DNA of 62,276 nt from Chiloscyllium plagiosum (GCF_004010195.1 NC_057719.1:53071115-53133390), one strand, 5' to 3'. Counted from the stretch's first letter, positions 34,789 to 48,195 are shown. A program made the numbers and translations. The notes: generated by a model from the sequence alone, not told the origin.

Positions 34789-36599
34789 TTGATGTTGACC
34801 ACCTTGTGGTGTGTGGCAGGAGGTTATCAGGTCCAAACTTTGGCAATTGACTTCTCAGGTCACCTACTTCCACTTCCAGTTGAGGGTTGTGCTTAATGGT
34901 CTACTGGCCTCCGACATGACAATTGCATTGTTACATCCTCATTTACTAATGTGTCCAGTGCCTCTTCTATCAACCTGAATCCCACTGTCTGACCTCATAT
35001 GTGCATTTTGCAAGCATTTTCATTGCAACAATATTTTTGTGCAAGTTCCCTTTAAGATACTACCTGCCAATTAGAAGAACAGACCCCTGGTCTTACCATG
35101 GGGATGCAAGCAAGATCCTTTAGTCTCCTGCTGTGTATGGCGATAGCAGGCCATATTCACGAATAAATGAGAATATAAGGACAGACATCTTCTGGGCAAC
35201 TTTGAAAAATTAAATGGTACACTTTTTTAAGCTGTGCATGCTAATTCTCTTTTTGCAGCAGTGAGATTATTATGTTATTGAATTGTAGTTAGTAGTCCAA
35301 CTGGAAAGGAAATATGCTTGATAACAGCCCTTCGATTGGTTGAACTACAATTTGCTGTAGACTAATGATAGCAACACAGCCAGAACCATCCAGAGCCACG
35401 AGCAGAAAATATCTTTCTCTCTTATCTCCATATGAAAGAAAAGATAAAATCCAAGAAACTTAAAAACTCTAATTCAAACAAAGATCTATGTCCACCTGAT
35501 CAACTATTGAAATGAAGATCAACTATTGCTCTATGGACATCAGATTGCTAACATTAAAAGAATTGTGAGAATTAACTCTCTATTTCGTGATTTGAACTTT
35601 ATAACTTCTGAAATTTGTTTTCACTCCCATAATATTTGTGTCAAAGTGTCATTCTTGAGAATATCTGCATGTATTTGGGGTTTTAAAAGCATATAACTTA
35701 AATAGCTTTGTATTCGATTAGTAATCCTTTTCTTTCTGTGTTAAGGACTATGTTTGTTTACAATAAATAGGGAAGCTAACTATTGTAAATGAGATTATTT
35801 GGTGAAATGCTTTAAGTATGCCAATGTACCTTGTCTCCATGCACCTGAATATTTAGTTACAAAGATCTGTCCTCTGGCAATATATTGGATGGAGCTGTCC
35901 ATGCTGGGAAATTGGGGAACAGGGCCAGCTGAGGTAATTACTTAAGTGAAGGGCATATGGGCATTTTGGAGCAGAATTTGAGAGCATATCTCAAGAATGT
36001 AAAATGAACTGTCAGTACAGATCTCATGAAATTAACAATATTATGCCACAGAGCAATGCTACCCTACCTTTGGCCACTTTGTAGCTGAGGAGGAATCAAC
36101 CCAGAAGTACAGAGGAGCAGTAACAGCAGAAACCCCTTTGTCTATAGTAAAATACAGTTTGACTGTGAAACTGACCAAGCCAACTCAAAAGTAGATGCTG
36201 ATGTCCTATATTGTACACGTTTAAAACAAACACATTAGCACAAAGTGCTAATAAATTGAATTTGTATCTAACATCATATCTTCATACCCAGACAGTATAA
36301 TCAAACACCGTGTTATATTACTTAATTGGTAAAGCATGCCAAAAACTAACTTTGCTGAATAATCTCAATTCTTATCACAATAAAATGTTCATTATAGATG
36401 AAAGCAAATAATTTTTTTTTATTATATAGCTCTCCTATTGAAAACAATAGTGTGAAAGCAGAAAACATTCATCTTCTGTCAGAATGAATATTAATTCCAT
36501 TGGGAGAAAATTTCTATGCATTATGTGTAACATTAATGTTGTATTTATCCTAAACTGAGCTTGCATCTCTAAGACATATTACCTGAACCGAGGTAATAC

Positions 36600-36972
36600 C
36601 CCTCATTCGTTCTTTTGAACAATTCTGGCATGGGAATGCCATTGGGAAAGCCTGCATTTATTGTTCATTCCACGCTGGCCTTGTGGAAGTAATGCTGAGC
36701 TATCTTCTTGTGTGTTTCAGCCCATGTAGTTTAGGTACGGCCATAATGCCATTCGGTACAAAGTTACACAATTTTGATCCAGGAATCAAGGAACAACAAT
36801 ATATTTACAAGCAAGGATCCTATTTCAATTGAAAGGGAAACTGGCAGGTTGTTGTGATCCCAGGCTTCTGTTGCTTTTTCAGTGTTTGAGGTCCGAGATT
36901 TGGAAATTTCTACTCAAGAAGACTTGAAGTTGCTGCATTGTATCATGTAGATGGTACACACTGCAATCACTA
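36600..36972 (-). mobile_element. Old CR1/L2-type LINE 3' fragment
   Basis: GCATTTATTGTTCATTCC...CTTGTGGAAG tail homologous to 58385-58580. Confidence 0.55.
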
Positions 36973-36984
36973 AGGACTAACAGA

Positions 36985-39120
36985 GTTATAGCGTCATAGA
37001 AATATACAGCATAGAAACAGACCCTTTGGTTTAACTTGTCCATGCCAACCAAATATCCTAAATTAATCTAGTCCCATTTGCTACCATTTGGCCCATATCC
37101 CTCTAAACCCTTCATATTCATTTGCCCATCTAAGTGCCTTTTAAATGTTGTAATTGTACTAGCCTCCACCACTTCCTCTGGCAACTCATTCCATACATGC
37201 ACCACCCCCTCTGAAAATGTTGCCCCTTAGGTCCCTTTTAAATATTTCCCCCTCACCCTAAACCCATTCCCTCTAGATTTGGACTCGCCCCCCCTCCCCC
37301 CACCACAAGGAAAAGACCTTGGCTATTCACCCTATCCATGCCCCTCATGATTTTATAAACCTCTATATGGTCACCCCTCAGCCTCTTACGCTCCAGGGAA
37401 AATAGCCCCAGTCTATTCAGCCTTTCCCTATAGCTCAAATCTTCCTAGCCTGGCAACATCCTTGTAACTCTTTTCTGAACCCTTTCAAGTTTCACAACAT
37501 TATTCATATAGCAGAGAGACCAGAATTGCACACATAATTCCAACAGCGGCCTAACCAATATCCTAGGTAAAAACAATGACTGCAGATGCTGGAAACCAGA
37601 TTCTGGAGTAGAGTGGTGCTGGAAAAGCACAACAGTTCAGGCAGCATCCAAGGAACAGGAAAATCCAACGTTTCGGGCAAAGGCCCTTCATCAGGAATGC
37701 AGGCAGAGTGCCTGAAAGATGGAGAGATAAATGAGAGGTGAGGTGGGGGAAGGGGAAATGAGAAAACTGGTGAAGTCCACATTGGTGCCCTGGGGTTGAA
37801 GAGTTCCGAGGCGGAAGATGAGGCGTTCTTCCTCCAGGTGTCGGGTGGTGAGGGAGCAGCGAAGGAGGCCCAGGACCTCCATGTCTTCAATATCCAGTAA
37901 CCAATATCCTGTACAGCCACAACATGACTTCCTAACTTCTATACTCAATGCTCTGACCAATAAAGGAAAGCATACCAAAAGCATTCTTCCCTATCCTATC
38001 TACCTGTGACTCCACTTTCAAGGAGCAATGAACCTGCACTCCAAGGTCTCTTTGTTCAGCACTGCTTCCCAGGACCTTACCATTAAGTGTATAAGTCCTG
38101 CCCTGATTTGTCTTTCCAAAATGCAGCACCTCACATTTGTCTAAATTAAACTCCATCTGCCACTCCTTGGTATATTGGCACATCTGATCAAGATTCTGTT
38201 GAACTCTGTGGTAACCTTCTTCTCTGTCCACTGCATCTCCAAATTTGGTGTCATCTGCAAATGTACTAACCATACTTCCTATGTTCACATCCAAATCATT
38301 ATATAAATGATGAAAACCCATGGACCCAGCACCAATCCTTGAAGCACACCACTTGTCACAGTCCTCCAGTCTGAAAAACAACCCACCACCACCGCCCTCT
38401 GTATTCTACCTTTGAAGCAGTTCAATATTCAAATGGTTAGTTCTCCCTGTATTCCATTTGATCTAATCTTGCTAACCAGTCTACCATGAGAAACCTTGTT
38501 GAATGCCTTACTGAAGTCCATATAGATCATGTCCACTGCTCTGCCCTCATCAATCCTATTCATTATTTCTTCAAAAAACTCAATCATATTAGTGAGACAC
38601 AATTTCCCATGTAAAAGACATGAAAATCTTGTCTCTCAGGATTCCATGCAAAAACCTGCCCACCACTGATATCGGGCTCACCATGCTACAGTTCCCTGGC
38701 TTTTTCTTACCATTTTTCTTAAATAGTGGCATCACATTAGCCAACCTCCAATCTTCCGGCACCTAGTCTATAGCTATTGATGATACAAATATCTCAGCAA
38801 GGGGCCCAGCAATCACTTCCCTCGCTTTCCACAGAGTTCTTGGGTACACCTGACCAGGTCCCAGGGATTTATCTGCCTTTATGCATTTTAAGACATCCAG
38901 CACTTCCTTGTCTGTAATATGGACATTTTTCAAGATGTCATTATTTAGTTCCCCACATTGTATGTCCATATACTTCTCCACTGTAAACACTGATGCAAAC
39001 CATCTCCTATGGTTCCACACATAGGTGGTCTTGCTGATCATAAGGGCCTCTATTTTCTTCCTCGTTACCCTTTTGCCCTTCATATATTTGGAGAAACCTT
39101 TGGTTTCTCCTTAATCCTAT
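36985..39120 (-). mobile_element. CR1 (HER1-like) LINE, 5'-truncated and decayed
   Basis: Minus ORFs: DKSLGPGQVYPRTL, STFADDTKFG, WQMEFNLDKCEVLHFG, LERKRLRGDHIEVYKIMRG; 3' UTR at the 36985 end. Confidence 0.93.
37565..37897 (-). mobile_element. Penelope-like 3' fragment: GIY-YIG C-terminus, 3' UTR and hammerhead-bearing terminal repeat
   Basis: MEVLGLL...RHLEEERLIFRLGTLQPQGTNVDF; minus CTGATGAAGGGC-CTTT-GCCCGAAACGTT; 13-bp TSD TAACCAATATCCT at 37552-37564 and 37898-37910. Confidence 0.88.
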
Positions 39121-39301
39121 TCGCCAACCTGTTTCTAACGGTAGAGGATTTTGTTTTCAAGGCACAGTTGGTTATAACAGGTGTTTCTTCAGTGAGAATT
39201 GGCCTTTAATGCAATTGAAGAATTGAGACTGCTGTTTGCACAATGCAAACCTTCCTTACTTGTATAGGCCTTAATGTGATTCTGGTACCATTAGTTTAAA
39301 T

Positions 39302-39420
39302 AGAGACAAAAAATTGCAGATGCTGGAATCCAAAGTAGACAGGCAGGAGGCTGGAAGAACACAACAGGCCAGGCAGCATACAGACCAGGCCAGAAGCCGA
39401 CATTTTAAGTGTAATCCTCT
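39302..39420 (-). mobile_element. Penelope-like terminal repeat, third variant
   Basis: TGCAGATGCTGGAATCC...CTGGAAGAACACAACAGGCCAGGCAGCAT; related copy at ~57146-57230. Confidence 0.6.
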
Positions 39421-39679
39421 GACTTGTGGGAAAAGTTAGGGGAGTCAAGTCATGCAGTACTCACTGCTGACAACCCAACCTCTAACCTACTGTGGTAGTC
39501 ATAGAATTTACATGGTTGGACCAGTTAAGTTCCTGGACAGTGGCAACTCCCACACCTTGATACTGGCAGATTCAACAATAGCAATATCATTGAATGTCAA
39601 GGGGTGATGGTTACACTGCCATTTGTTGAAGGTAATCAATGCCTGGCAATTGTGTTGCTTTTATGTCACTCTTTACATA

Positions 39680-40120
39680 ATGATGAAGGGCTTTTGCCTG
39701 AAATGTTGATTTTCCTGCTCCTTGGATGCTGCCTGACGTGCTGTGATCTATCTATTCTAATCTTGACATAATAATCCAAGACTGCTATCACATGGAAACA
39801 TAGCCTGGTCCATTACCTGAGTTGTGAGTGGAACTGGGAATTACAATCATTAGAATTATCACTTCTGAATTATGATGGAGGGAAATCATTTGTGAAATAG
39901 CTGAAGAAGCTTAAGGCATTGCTGTGGGGAACTCATGGTGAGATGTTCTGAGGACGAGGTGGTAGGCCTCCAATAATCACCAGCAACTTCTTTCTGAAGA
40001 AGAGTCACTGGCCCTGAAACATCAACTCTCCTTTCTCCACAGATGCTGTCAGACCTGTTGAGTTTCTCCAGCAATTTCTGTTTTGCTTGAGATTTCCAGC
40101 ATCGGCAGTTGTTTGTTTTC
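39680..40120 (+). mobile_element. Two degenerate PLE terminal repeats (~39680-39750 and ~39990-40120) within an old LINE fragment
   Basis: TGATGAAGGGCTTTTGCCTGAAATG and CTGAAGAAGAGTCACTGGCCCTGAAACATC are decayed hammerhead layouts, each followed by a GATGCTG..GAC.TG block. Confidence 0.65.
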
Positions 40121-40577
40121 TTAAAAAGCATTAGGTTGCTTTCAGTTTGCAGAATCAGGAATTGATTTTGTTTTTTTTTCAGTTTAAGTTAAAGGCCATA
40201 GTTTAGAAAACTTTTGATATCCATTTGTAAGATCCTGGTGGAAGTTGAATGGATGAGACTGTTTCTCTTGAAGTAAAGGAGATAATTTAGAACTGCTCAT
40301 CAAGAGATTGCATCTGTGTAAGGTCTACAGTTTCTAAGTTCCATACCAGAAGTCCTTGGGTAAAACCCTGCAGGAGTTATTTGATGCTGAGACGGTCTAA
40401 ATCATTCATATGACTAATCCAGGAAGAAACTATTGAATTCTCAAAACCGGGAATAGATGATAACTATTATGCTAACTTATAAATGTCACAGAGAAAATAA
40501 TTATTTCTGGCATTTGACTATTGTGGAGCAATGGTGTTTGGAACAGATGAGATTTTATTTTGACTGCTTATTTTGAA

Positions 40578-40676
40578 TCGATTCTCCTGCTCCTTGGATG
40601 CTACCTGACCTGCTGCGCTTTTCCGGCACCACAGTTTTCAGCTCTGATCTCCAGCATTTGCAGTCCTCACTTCCTC
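40578..40676 (+). mobile_element. Penelope-like family 1 mini-insertion lacking the ribozyme core
   Basis: 14-bp TSD CTGCTTATTTTGAA at 40564-40577 and 40677-40690; begins TCGATTCTCCTG. Confidence 0.88.
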
Positions 40677-43084
40677 CTGCTTATTTTGAAACCTATCAAA
40701 TTGTATTATATGTAAATAGAATGATTTGTTCTTTTCATATTCATTACTTTTGCATTATAAACTTTTGTTTTGTTGTTAAAACCAAATCTGTAGCATTGCA
40801 TTTTTGTCATTCAGTAAGAGAACACCTCCTAAAAAAAGAGAACTGACAAGCAAGATATTAGTCTGTGATAAGACTTTCTGGTAATAACATCAGCTGGGAT
40901 GATAACATTGTGAAGACATGCAGATTGCTATGTTGAACTTGTGAATTACATCTCAAAGACCTTCCCTCACCTGCAACATCAACGTTCGGAAGACAGGTTT
41001 ATACTGTCTTTCTATCTCATAACCTTCTTGTTAACCAGATACACCTGACATCCTTGTTGGGAAAGGGGAGGAATGATGCAAGAACGTGATTAAAGAGCAT
41101 GTAGACAATTATCTCAGCTTCAGCCAGGTGAAAAGGTATAGAATAATTAACACTAATACTTGGACATGTGGATGGATACTGAGAAATGTGTTGATTCCAG
41201 ATACTGAGAGAAACTATCATGTTCTGAGATTGAATAGACGTTTTAATTAGATATAAAAATCTATAGATAATCCAATATGATGATTCAGGCATTGAAAGGA
41301 TTGTTTTAACAGTAGGTCACAATATTCTCCAACTGAAGACAGCACATCAATCTATAATAGCTGACAATACACAATCATGTGAAATTGTGCAACAATATGC
41401 TGAAACTGTACAAAACCTTAGTATAATTGCGCTGTACAGACAGCAAAGTCTAACTTCAATGTGCAAAGATAATGTGTACAAATACATCTTGGTTATTTTT
41501 GATCTGTACCCTTGTACCTGTTTCTCATAGGAGAAAATCTATTCCTTGAAGCAAAAGTGAGAATGTTGTGATATTGTATACATCTATGAGCATACATAGA
41601 TGGTCACTTGTATGCACCTTTAAGAGAGTTAAATGAAGATATCTGTGTGACATCAGGCCATGTGATATACTTGTATAAATCAGTTCCAACCTGTAATTTA
41701 TCAGGAAAGCCAATTAGCCCACCAATTTGAGATCAGACTATGATTTATTTTCAGTAAGAAATCTATCTCAGTGTTTCTGTTACCATAATTAACATAATAA
41801 TAACAAATAATATGTTAGGTGGAGCCAATATAACAAGAGCATTAACTCCTTCAGACTGCATTGTCCAAAACTATATTTCACAAAGCTGTTTGCAACTTTC
41901 CAAAAACATAATGCAAGTTACTTAATTACTTTCTACATGAAAACTTTGTCTGAAGAGAGCACTTTAGATGTATACTTTAAGTCATAAAGTAGCATTACAC
42001 AAGTATAAGTAATCTTTACTTTTACACTTAAACAATCTTCTACATCAGTACAGTTCTGTTTCACTATGTGGAATGAAATTAATGGAATGTATACACACTC
42101 GCTTGTACTGGTTGTCCAAAGTAATCAAGCAAACACATCATTACTCATTTAATAAGTTATTGGAGTTGTCTTCTTTCATCACTCTTGCATCAGTTGGTAC
42201 TACAGTAATTAGTTTGCATTTTGTTCTGTGTAACAGAAACACCTTTTATTTGTGGATTTCATTATGTTAATTACACTTCCTTATCCATGGAGATGCAGCC
42301 TACATTTTAATTCTGAGTGGATTTGCAGAATTGTAATGTTTACATGAGGATACATATATGACAGGAGTAGACAAGTTCAAGCATATCAGGTCAAAGGGCA
42401 AGAAAAGTGTAGATGGGCAAGATGTCTGATTCACAATACTGCAATGCCTGGAGTATCACAATGAGGTGCTCATAGCTGCAAGTGAACATATTTGCCACTT
42501 CACATATCCTTCAGCACACAAATCACTCTCCATCCTGACAAATCTTACTGGTACTCCCATCTGTCTATTAAGGTCACTGCCTCATATCCCTTCGAAGTAG
42601 CCACCATATGTCTTCACCTTATTGTTTTGTCACATTCATCTCTTATATGATCCTCCACAAATGTTATCCTCCTGTCCACTCAAAACATTCCACAGCTCAT
42701 ATTCATGAGTCCCTTTTTTCATTGCTTGCTGAAGATAGAACAGAACATCTGGGAAGGGCACACAGTCAGAGTAGCCTCTACAAACTGTGGAGTAAAGGAT
42801 TAATTGTGCTCTCATAATAGTTAATTTTGCTCTAACAGTAATTATTGAGAAAATATGTAAGGAACTATGCCATGATGATGTTGGAACAGGTGTCAGGTTC
42901 ATGAGGTGTTATCCATTGCATTTGCCTGTGTGTAGTGCATAGACATTTTCATGCAACCTGTTCAGATATGATATTACACATTTCTGGAACACGTAGGTCT
43001 TAAAGAGATAGGGACACTACCAATGCACCACAACAATCCTTGTATATGGAATATACACTTAGTAAAAGTAGTTGGTCACTTCAT

Positions 43085-43497
43085 TGAGTTGGGACATCAT
43101 ATTACAGATATCAAAGCTTTGGTGAGGCCACTTTTGCAGAACTGTGTATTGTTCTGGTGTGCTGTTATAGGAAGGATGTTATTATACTGGAAAGAGTCCA
43201 GAAAAGATTTACAAGGATGTTACCAAGGCTGGATGCTTTATGTTATGACAAAAGGATGGATATTCCATTTTCACACAGACAGTGGTACGTCTGGAATGAA
43301 GTATCAGAGGAAGTGGTGGAGGTGAGTACAATTTCAGCATTTAAAAGTCATTTTGGACAGGTACATGAATAGGAAAGATTTCATGGGATATGGGGCAAAT
43401 GCAGACAAATAGGATTAGTTCAGTTTAGGAAATCTGATCAGCATGGATGGGTAGGACCGAAGAGTCTGTTTCAGTGCTGCATGTCTCTATGACTCTA
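43085..43497 (+). mobile_element. CR1 LINE 3' fragment with internal deletion
   Basis: YRKDVIILERVQKRFTRMLP, VWNEVSEEVVE and CTCTATGACTCTA tail. Confidence 0.85.
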
Positions 43498-43757
43498 ATT
43501 GTCTATCACCCATTTTTTAAACAGTGCTGTAACATTGGCAGTCTTCTAGTCTGCCAGGACCTGCCTGGAGTCCAGTGAATTTTGGTAAATTACCACTAAT
43601 GCATCTACTATAACTTCCACCATTTCTTTCAACACCCTTGGATGCATTCCATCAGGATCAGGAGATTTATCAGAATTATGATTTATAACCCTCTCACTCT
43701 GTATTCTATTTCATGTTTTTCATCTCTTATATGTGATATTTAACCTATTTATATCCG

Positions 43758-44102
43758 CAGGGGAGGTAATGGCCTAGAAGTATTATCACCAGACTCTTCA
43801 TACAGAAACTCAGCTAATGTTCAGGGGAACCTTGGTTCAAATCCTGCCATGGCAGTTGATGGAATTTGAATTCAATAAAGAATCTGGAATTAAGGGTCTA
43901 ATGATGACTGTGAAACCATTGACAATTGTTGGAAAAAAACCATCAGGTTCACTAATGACCTTTAGGGAAGGAAATCTGTCATCCTTATCTGCTCTGGCCC
44001 ACATATGACTCCAGATCCACAGCAGTCTTGCTGATTCTCAACTGACCTCTGAGCAATTTGGGATGGGCAGAGAAGCCTACATCCCGTGCCTGAATGAAAA
44101 AG
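43758..44102 (+). mobile_element. tRNA-derived SINE with a tail shared with the old CR1/L2 family
   Basis: TGGCCTAG A-box-like, GGTTCAAATCC B box, GCAATTTGGGATGGGCA...CATCCCGTG...AATGAAAAA tail. Confidence 0.75.
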
Positions 44103-44494
44103 ATATTGTTGGAGGAAGATAAAAATATCTTAGAAGAGGTCACTAAAACTGAGCTAAACCATCACCATTATTATGTGCACCTCACTCTAGCTCAAATTTG
44201 CATATCAGATTGGGGTTAGCAAGAAAGATGATTTGGTACTCACATGTTGAAGTACATAAGGAACAAGTCAGAAAGTGTAGGATGCTCAAATCTCTGATCA
44301 GATGGACAAAGCTCCTAAACCTGAGCGATTAGTAGCCAAAGGGACTATCATTAGCAGTAGAAAATGTGGGAGCTTCTCTCAGCATTTGCTATGGTGCTGT
44401 GCACATCTCGAGAGAGCTTACAGAAGTCTGCATCTAGCACAAGTGCCACACTGCAGAGTCATTACGCTGATTCATGTCAATATCTACTTACATG

Positions 44495-44652
44495 GAAAGT
44501 TTCCTCGTAGTGTCTAGGGGTGTTCAGGTTCGGTGGCTTAGCCATGGTAAATACAGGGTTATAGAGATAGGCTAGGATGATGTTCGGAGGGTTAGTGAAA
44601 ACTTGATGAGCTGAAAGGCCTCTTTCCACACTGTAGGAATTTTGTGATTCTA
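44495..44652 (+). mobile_element. V-SINE 3' fragment
   Basis: TAGTGTCTAGGGGTGTTCAGGTT...GGCCTCTTTCCACACTGTAGGAAT tail. Confidence 0.6.
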
Positions 44653-44949
44653 AAGTCTGGCCAACTTTATGTAGCAGCAGGCACAGCAGCACTAAATACT
44701 TGCTAAGTCTCAGCATAAACACAGTGTGTTCCCTTAAGCAAATTTGGAGAAAGCTTCACTTTAGTTGTTCATTGGCTTACTGAAAATCAGAAAAGAGTAT
44801 TCCAGGTCTTGGTTAACAGGGAAGGTCAAGAAAGGGTAAAAGAAAACGGGAACTCTATTCAAAACACGTTTGACCACTTGCCCGAACTCAGTAAGTGTTC
44901 TGTATGCTGCCTCCTGTTTCAATGACAAAGACAGCCTCTGCACTACTAG

Positions 44950-46680
44950 GAAAATAAGAAAATAGTGTCAGGAATGGGCCATTCAGACCATTAAGCCCAT
45001 GTCAGCATTCAGTATGATTATAGTTGAACAATCACTTAAATGCTTTAGACCCACATTATCTTTATAACTCTTTATGCCAAGGTAATCGTAAATGTATCAA
45101 TCTCTATCTTAAACATAGTCAAAGACTGAGCTTTCACAGTTCGAGAAAACCCAAACTCACTGAATAAAACACATTCTCCTCAGCTCAGTCCCAGATGGTA
45201 TTCCCTTATTTTAATTTGTACTATTTGATCCTAACTCACCGAACCAGGCAAACATCTTAGCTGCATCAATTCTGCCCTTCCCTTTAGACATTTTGTAGGT
45301 TTCAATGAAATAACCTTTCATTCTTTGAAACTTCAGAGAATATTGGTTCAGTTTAATCAATCACTCTTCATAAGGGAGGGCCTGTTTCAATGCAGTTAAG
45401 CTATATGATTCACTTCCTCTATGTTTCCTAAAGTGTGGAGAGCAAAACAACATTCAGTACTCCTTTTGCTAACTAACCAAGCTTCTATACAACTGCAGCA
45501 AGACTGCTGAATATGTCCAATCAGTGTCATATGTCAATATGTTAATCCAGGTGTTCATTTATCAAATCCTTTATAAAAGATTCTAGCAATTTGTCTCATA
45601 ATGATGTAAGGCTCTGGCATCTAGTTTCTTTCCAATTCCCTTCTTAAATAATCAGATGATATTTGCTATTTTCCAGCTAGGAATCATTCCAGCAGCTATG
45701 GAAGTTTGGTAGATTGAGCGGCTGAATTTGACATTCATATTGTTTATGATTATTGATCACTGCTCAGGATAAAATCATCATGAAGATTGATATTCAGATT
45801 GCATTTCCTTCAGGATTCTGGAATATCAGATCCTGGCATCTTAGCAACTTTCAGCCCTATTAATTTCTCCAGAATAAACTCTGACCAATACTAATTCCTT
45901 TCAAGTCCACATTCACTCCAGTCACGTGAATCTCTAAATCTGGAGATTTCTTGTATCTTCCTCAGTGAAAACAGACACAAAGTAATCATTCAGCTTCTCT
46001 GCCGTTTTTATATTTGCTATTATAAATTCTCCTGACTGTGCCAGTAATGGACTCACATTTGTCTGAGACAAATGTTTTCATTTCATGTACCTTTACAAGT
46101 TTTATCGTCTATTTTTATGTTTTTACTAGATTGCATTCATATTCTGTTCTCCGTTTTCTTATCAGTTTCTTGGTCCTCCTTTGGAGAATTCTAAAAATCT
46201 CACAATCTTTAGATTTATGACTACTCTGGCAACTTTCTTTTTAATCTTGTACAATCCTGAACTTTCTTTCTCTGCACATTCAAAGAATGTATGATATATG
46301 TTAGTCACGTAATAGTTTTTAAAGGCCTGTTCTTTGCGTATGTGCAGTTATGCCTTTTAATATGTTCCGATTAATATATGACAGAGCGCACACATTGTTC
46401 TTCCAATCCTCGCTTACTAATGTAAAGATCCATTCTTTAGTATCAGAGCAACATAACCACCTTTTGCTTATTGTTTGTCTTTCCTAAACATTAAATATCA
46501 GTTCCATGCTCTTGGGCATTTTGCACCCATGTTTCTGTAATAACAATTATATCAAACCCACTTATCTCTATCAGTGCCTTTAGATTACTTACATTGCTGT
46601 GAACATTTCTCACATTTAGGTAAAGCGCTTTAACTTTGTTTTTAACATTGTTCTGCCTTTGAAGCATACTTAACACTTGG
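44950..46680 (-). mobile_element. Old fragmented CR1 LINE including the APE endonuclease N-terminus
   Basis: ORF 46491..46676 ALYLNVRNV...LIEISGFDIIVITETW is the CR1 ORF2 APE start; decayed 3' end near 44950-45500. Confidence 0.7.
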
Positions 46681-47224
46681 TTTTGTTTTCCCTGTCTTCT
46701 AATATCCCTAGCACTTTGATCACAGCTGATATTGGTTCCCAGACTGAAACCCGCTTAATAGATCATATTTTGTTCTGTTTGGTTTGAACAAGGTCTCTCA
46801 CTGAAACATAAGCACATACTATTACAGATATGGTTTGATTAGAAACTTATTAACCAAAAGAAATGAAGATGATTTAGAATAAATCAAGATTTTTATTTAA
46901 ACTCAAATTCAAAGATTTGTAAACACACGGTAACAGTATAACCCCATTATCTCAAAATGCTCCTTTTCAGGTTTAAAAAAAGACTTGCATCATATCACAG
47001 CACTCATACCAGGGTAAAAGTATTTTCCTAACATTTCACTTGGTGCAATGCAACTATGACTTTAGCTCCTAGTCTGGAAATGCTGGTGTCTTCTTCCTGG
47101 AGCTATCTTATACCTGAGCTTAAATGCAGTCAGATTCAAGTAACCTCTTCAGATAACCTTATGCTTTATGTCAAACTCTGATCTTTACTCCCTTATCAGG
47201 AGCATGGCTCTATGCAGTTATCTA

Positions 47225-48195
47225 TAAGATAAAGGATCAGAAATAGGCTATTTAGCCTATCAAGTCAATGAGATCATTGCTGATCTGATAATTGTCAACT
47301 CCTCTTTCTTTCAATTTCTCCCTATTTCTTGATTCCTTTACTGATTAAAAATCTGCCCGTCTCAGCCTTGAGTATACTTAACAACCCAAACTCTACAGAC
47401 CTCTGTAGGAAAAAAAAATCCACAGATATATTATCCTCTGTGGAAGCCATTTTGATGCCCTGTCTGTGGCTGCCTTTGGGGAAACCATTTCGCAGAACTT
47501 TTGCTGAGTTGTTTACTAACTGCCATTACTGCATGACCTTGCAGCTATGCTGGTGTAACATCCCCTCACCCATAGATTAGCTCTTTTTTTTAAGACAGCA
47601 TTGTTAAACCATGTAACCTGCTTATCTGCTTCTAACTTCTATTTATCCCATGACTATTTTGTGTAATTAACTGTCAGCTGAGCACTTATAATACTATATA
47701 AACTTGCGCTGATCTGTAACTCTTCGGAGAGAGCCCACCCATTCTTGATGAGTGGTCTCTGTCTGTGTCCTCATGATATATCATGAAATAAACTTAGTCA
47801 ATACTCAAGGTCTGTATACAAGGATTTCTTCAACACCCTCAGAGAAAAGAAATCCTCCTCATTTCTGACTTAAATGGGCAGACCCTGGATTCTCCCTCAA
47901 GGAGAAACATTCTTTCTGCGTTTTTACCCTGTCAAGTTTCGTAATAATCTTATATGGTCGAAAAGGTCACTTCTCATTCTTCTAAACTCCAATGAGTGCA
48001 ATCTCAATCTATCTAACTTCTCCAGATAAAACATTCCCTGCATATATGACATCTTTCGCTGGACTGCCTCCAATACCAGGATGTCTTTTCTTAGATAAGC
48101 GGAGGAAAACCATTCACAGTATTCCATCTGTGATCTAACTAACACCATGTATAGTTTAAGCAAGAACTCCCTGTTTTTATCCTCAATTCCCGTTG
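47225..48195 (-). mobile_element. CR1/L2-type LINE 3' fragment split by a solo LTR
   Basis: LYMVLVRSQMEYC..AYLRKDILVLEAVQR..LEFRRMRSDL; sequence continues across 47439-47835. Confidence 0.8.
47439..47835 (+). mobile_element. Solo LTR, 397 bp, with 5-bp TSD
   Basis: TGTGGAAG...CTTCAACA; TSD TCCTC/CCCTC; TATATAAA near 47695; AATAAA 47787-47792. Confidence 0.8.
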
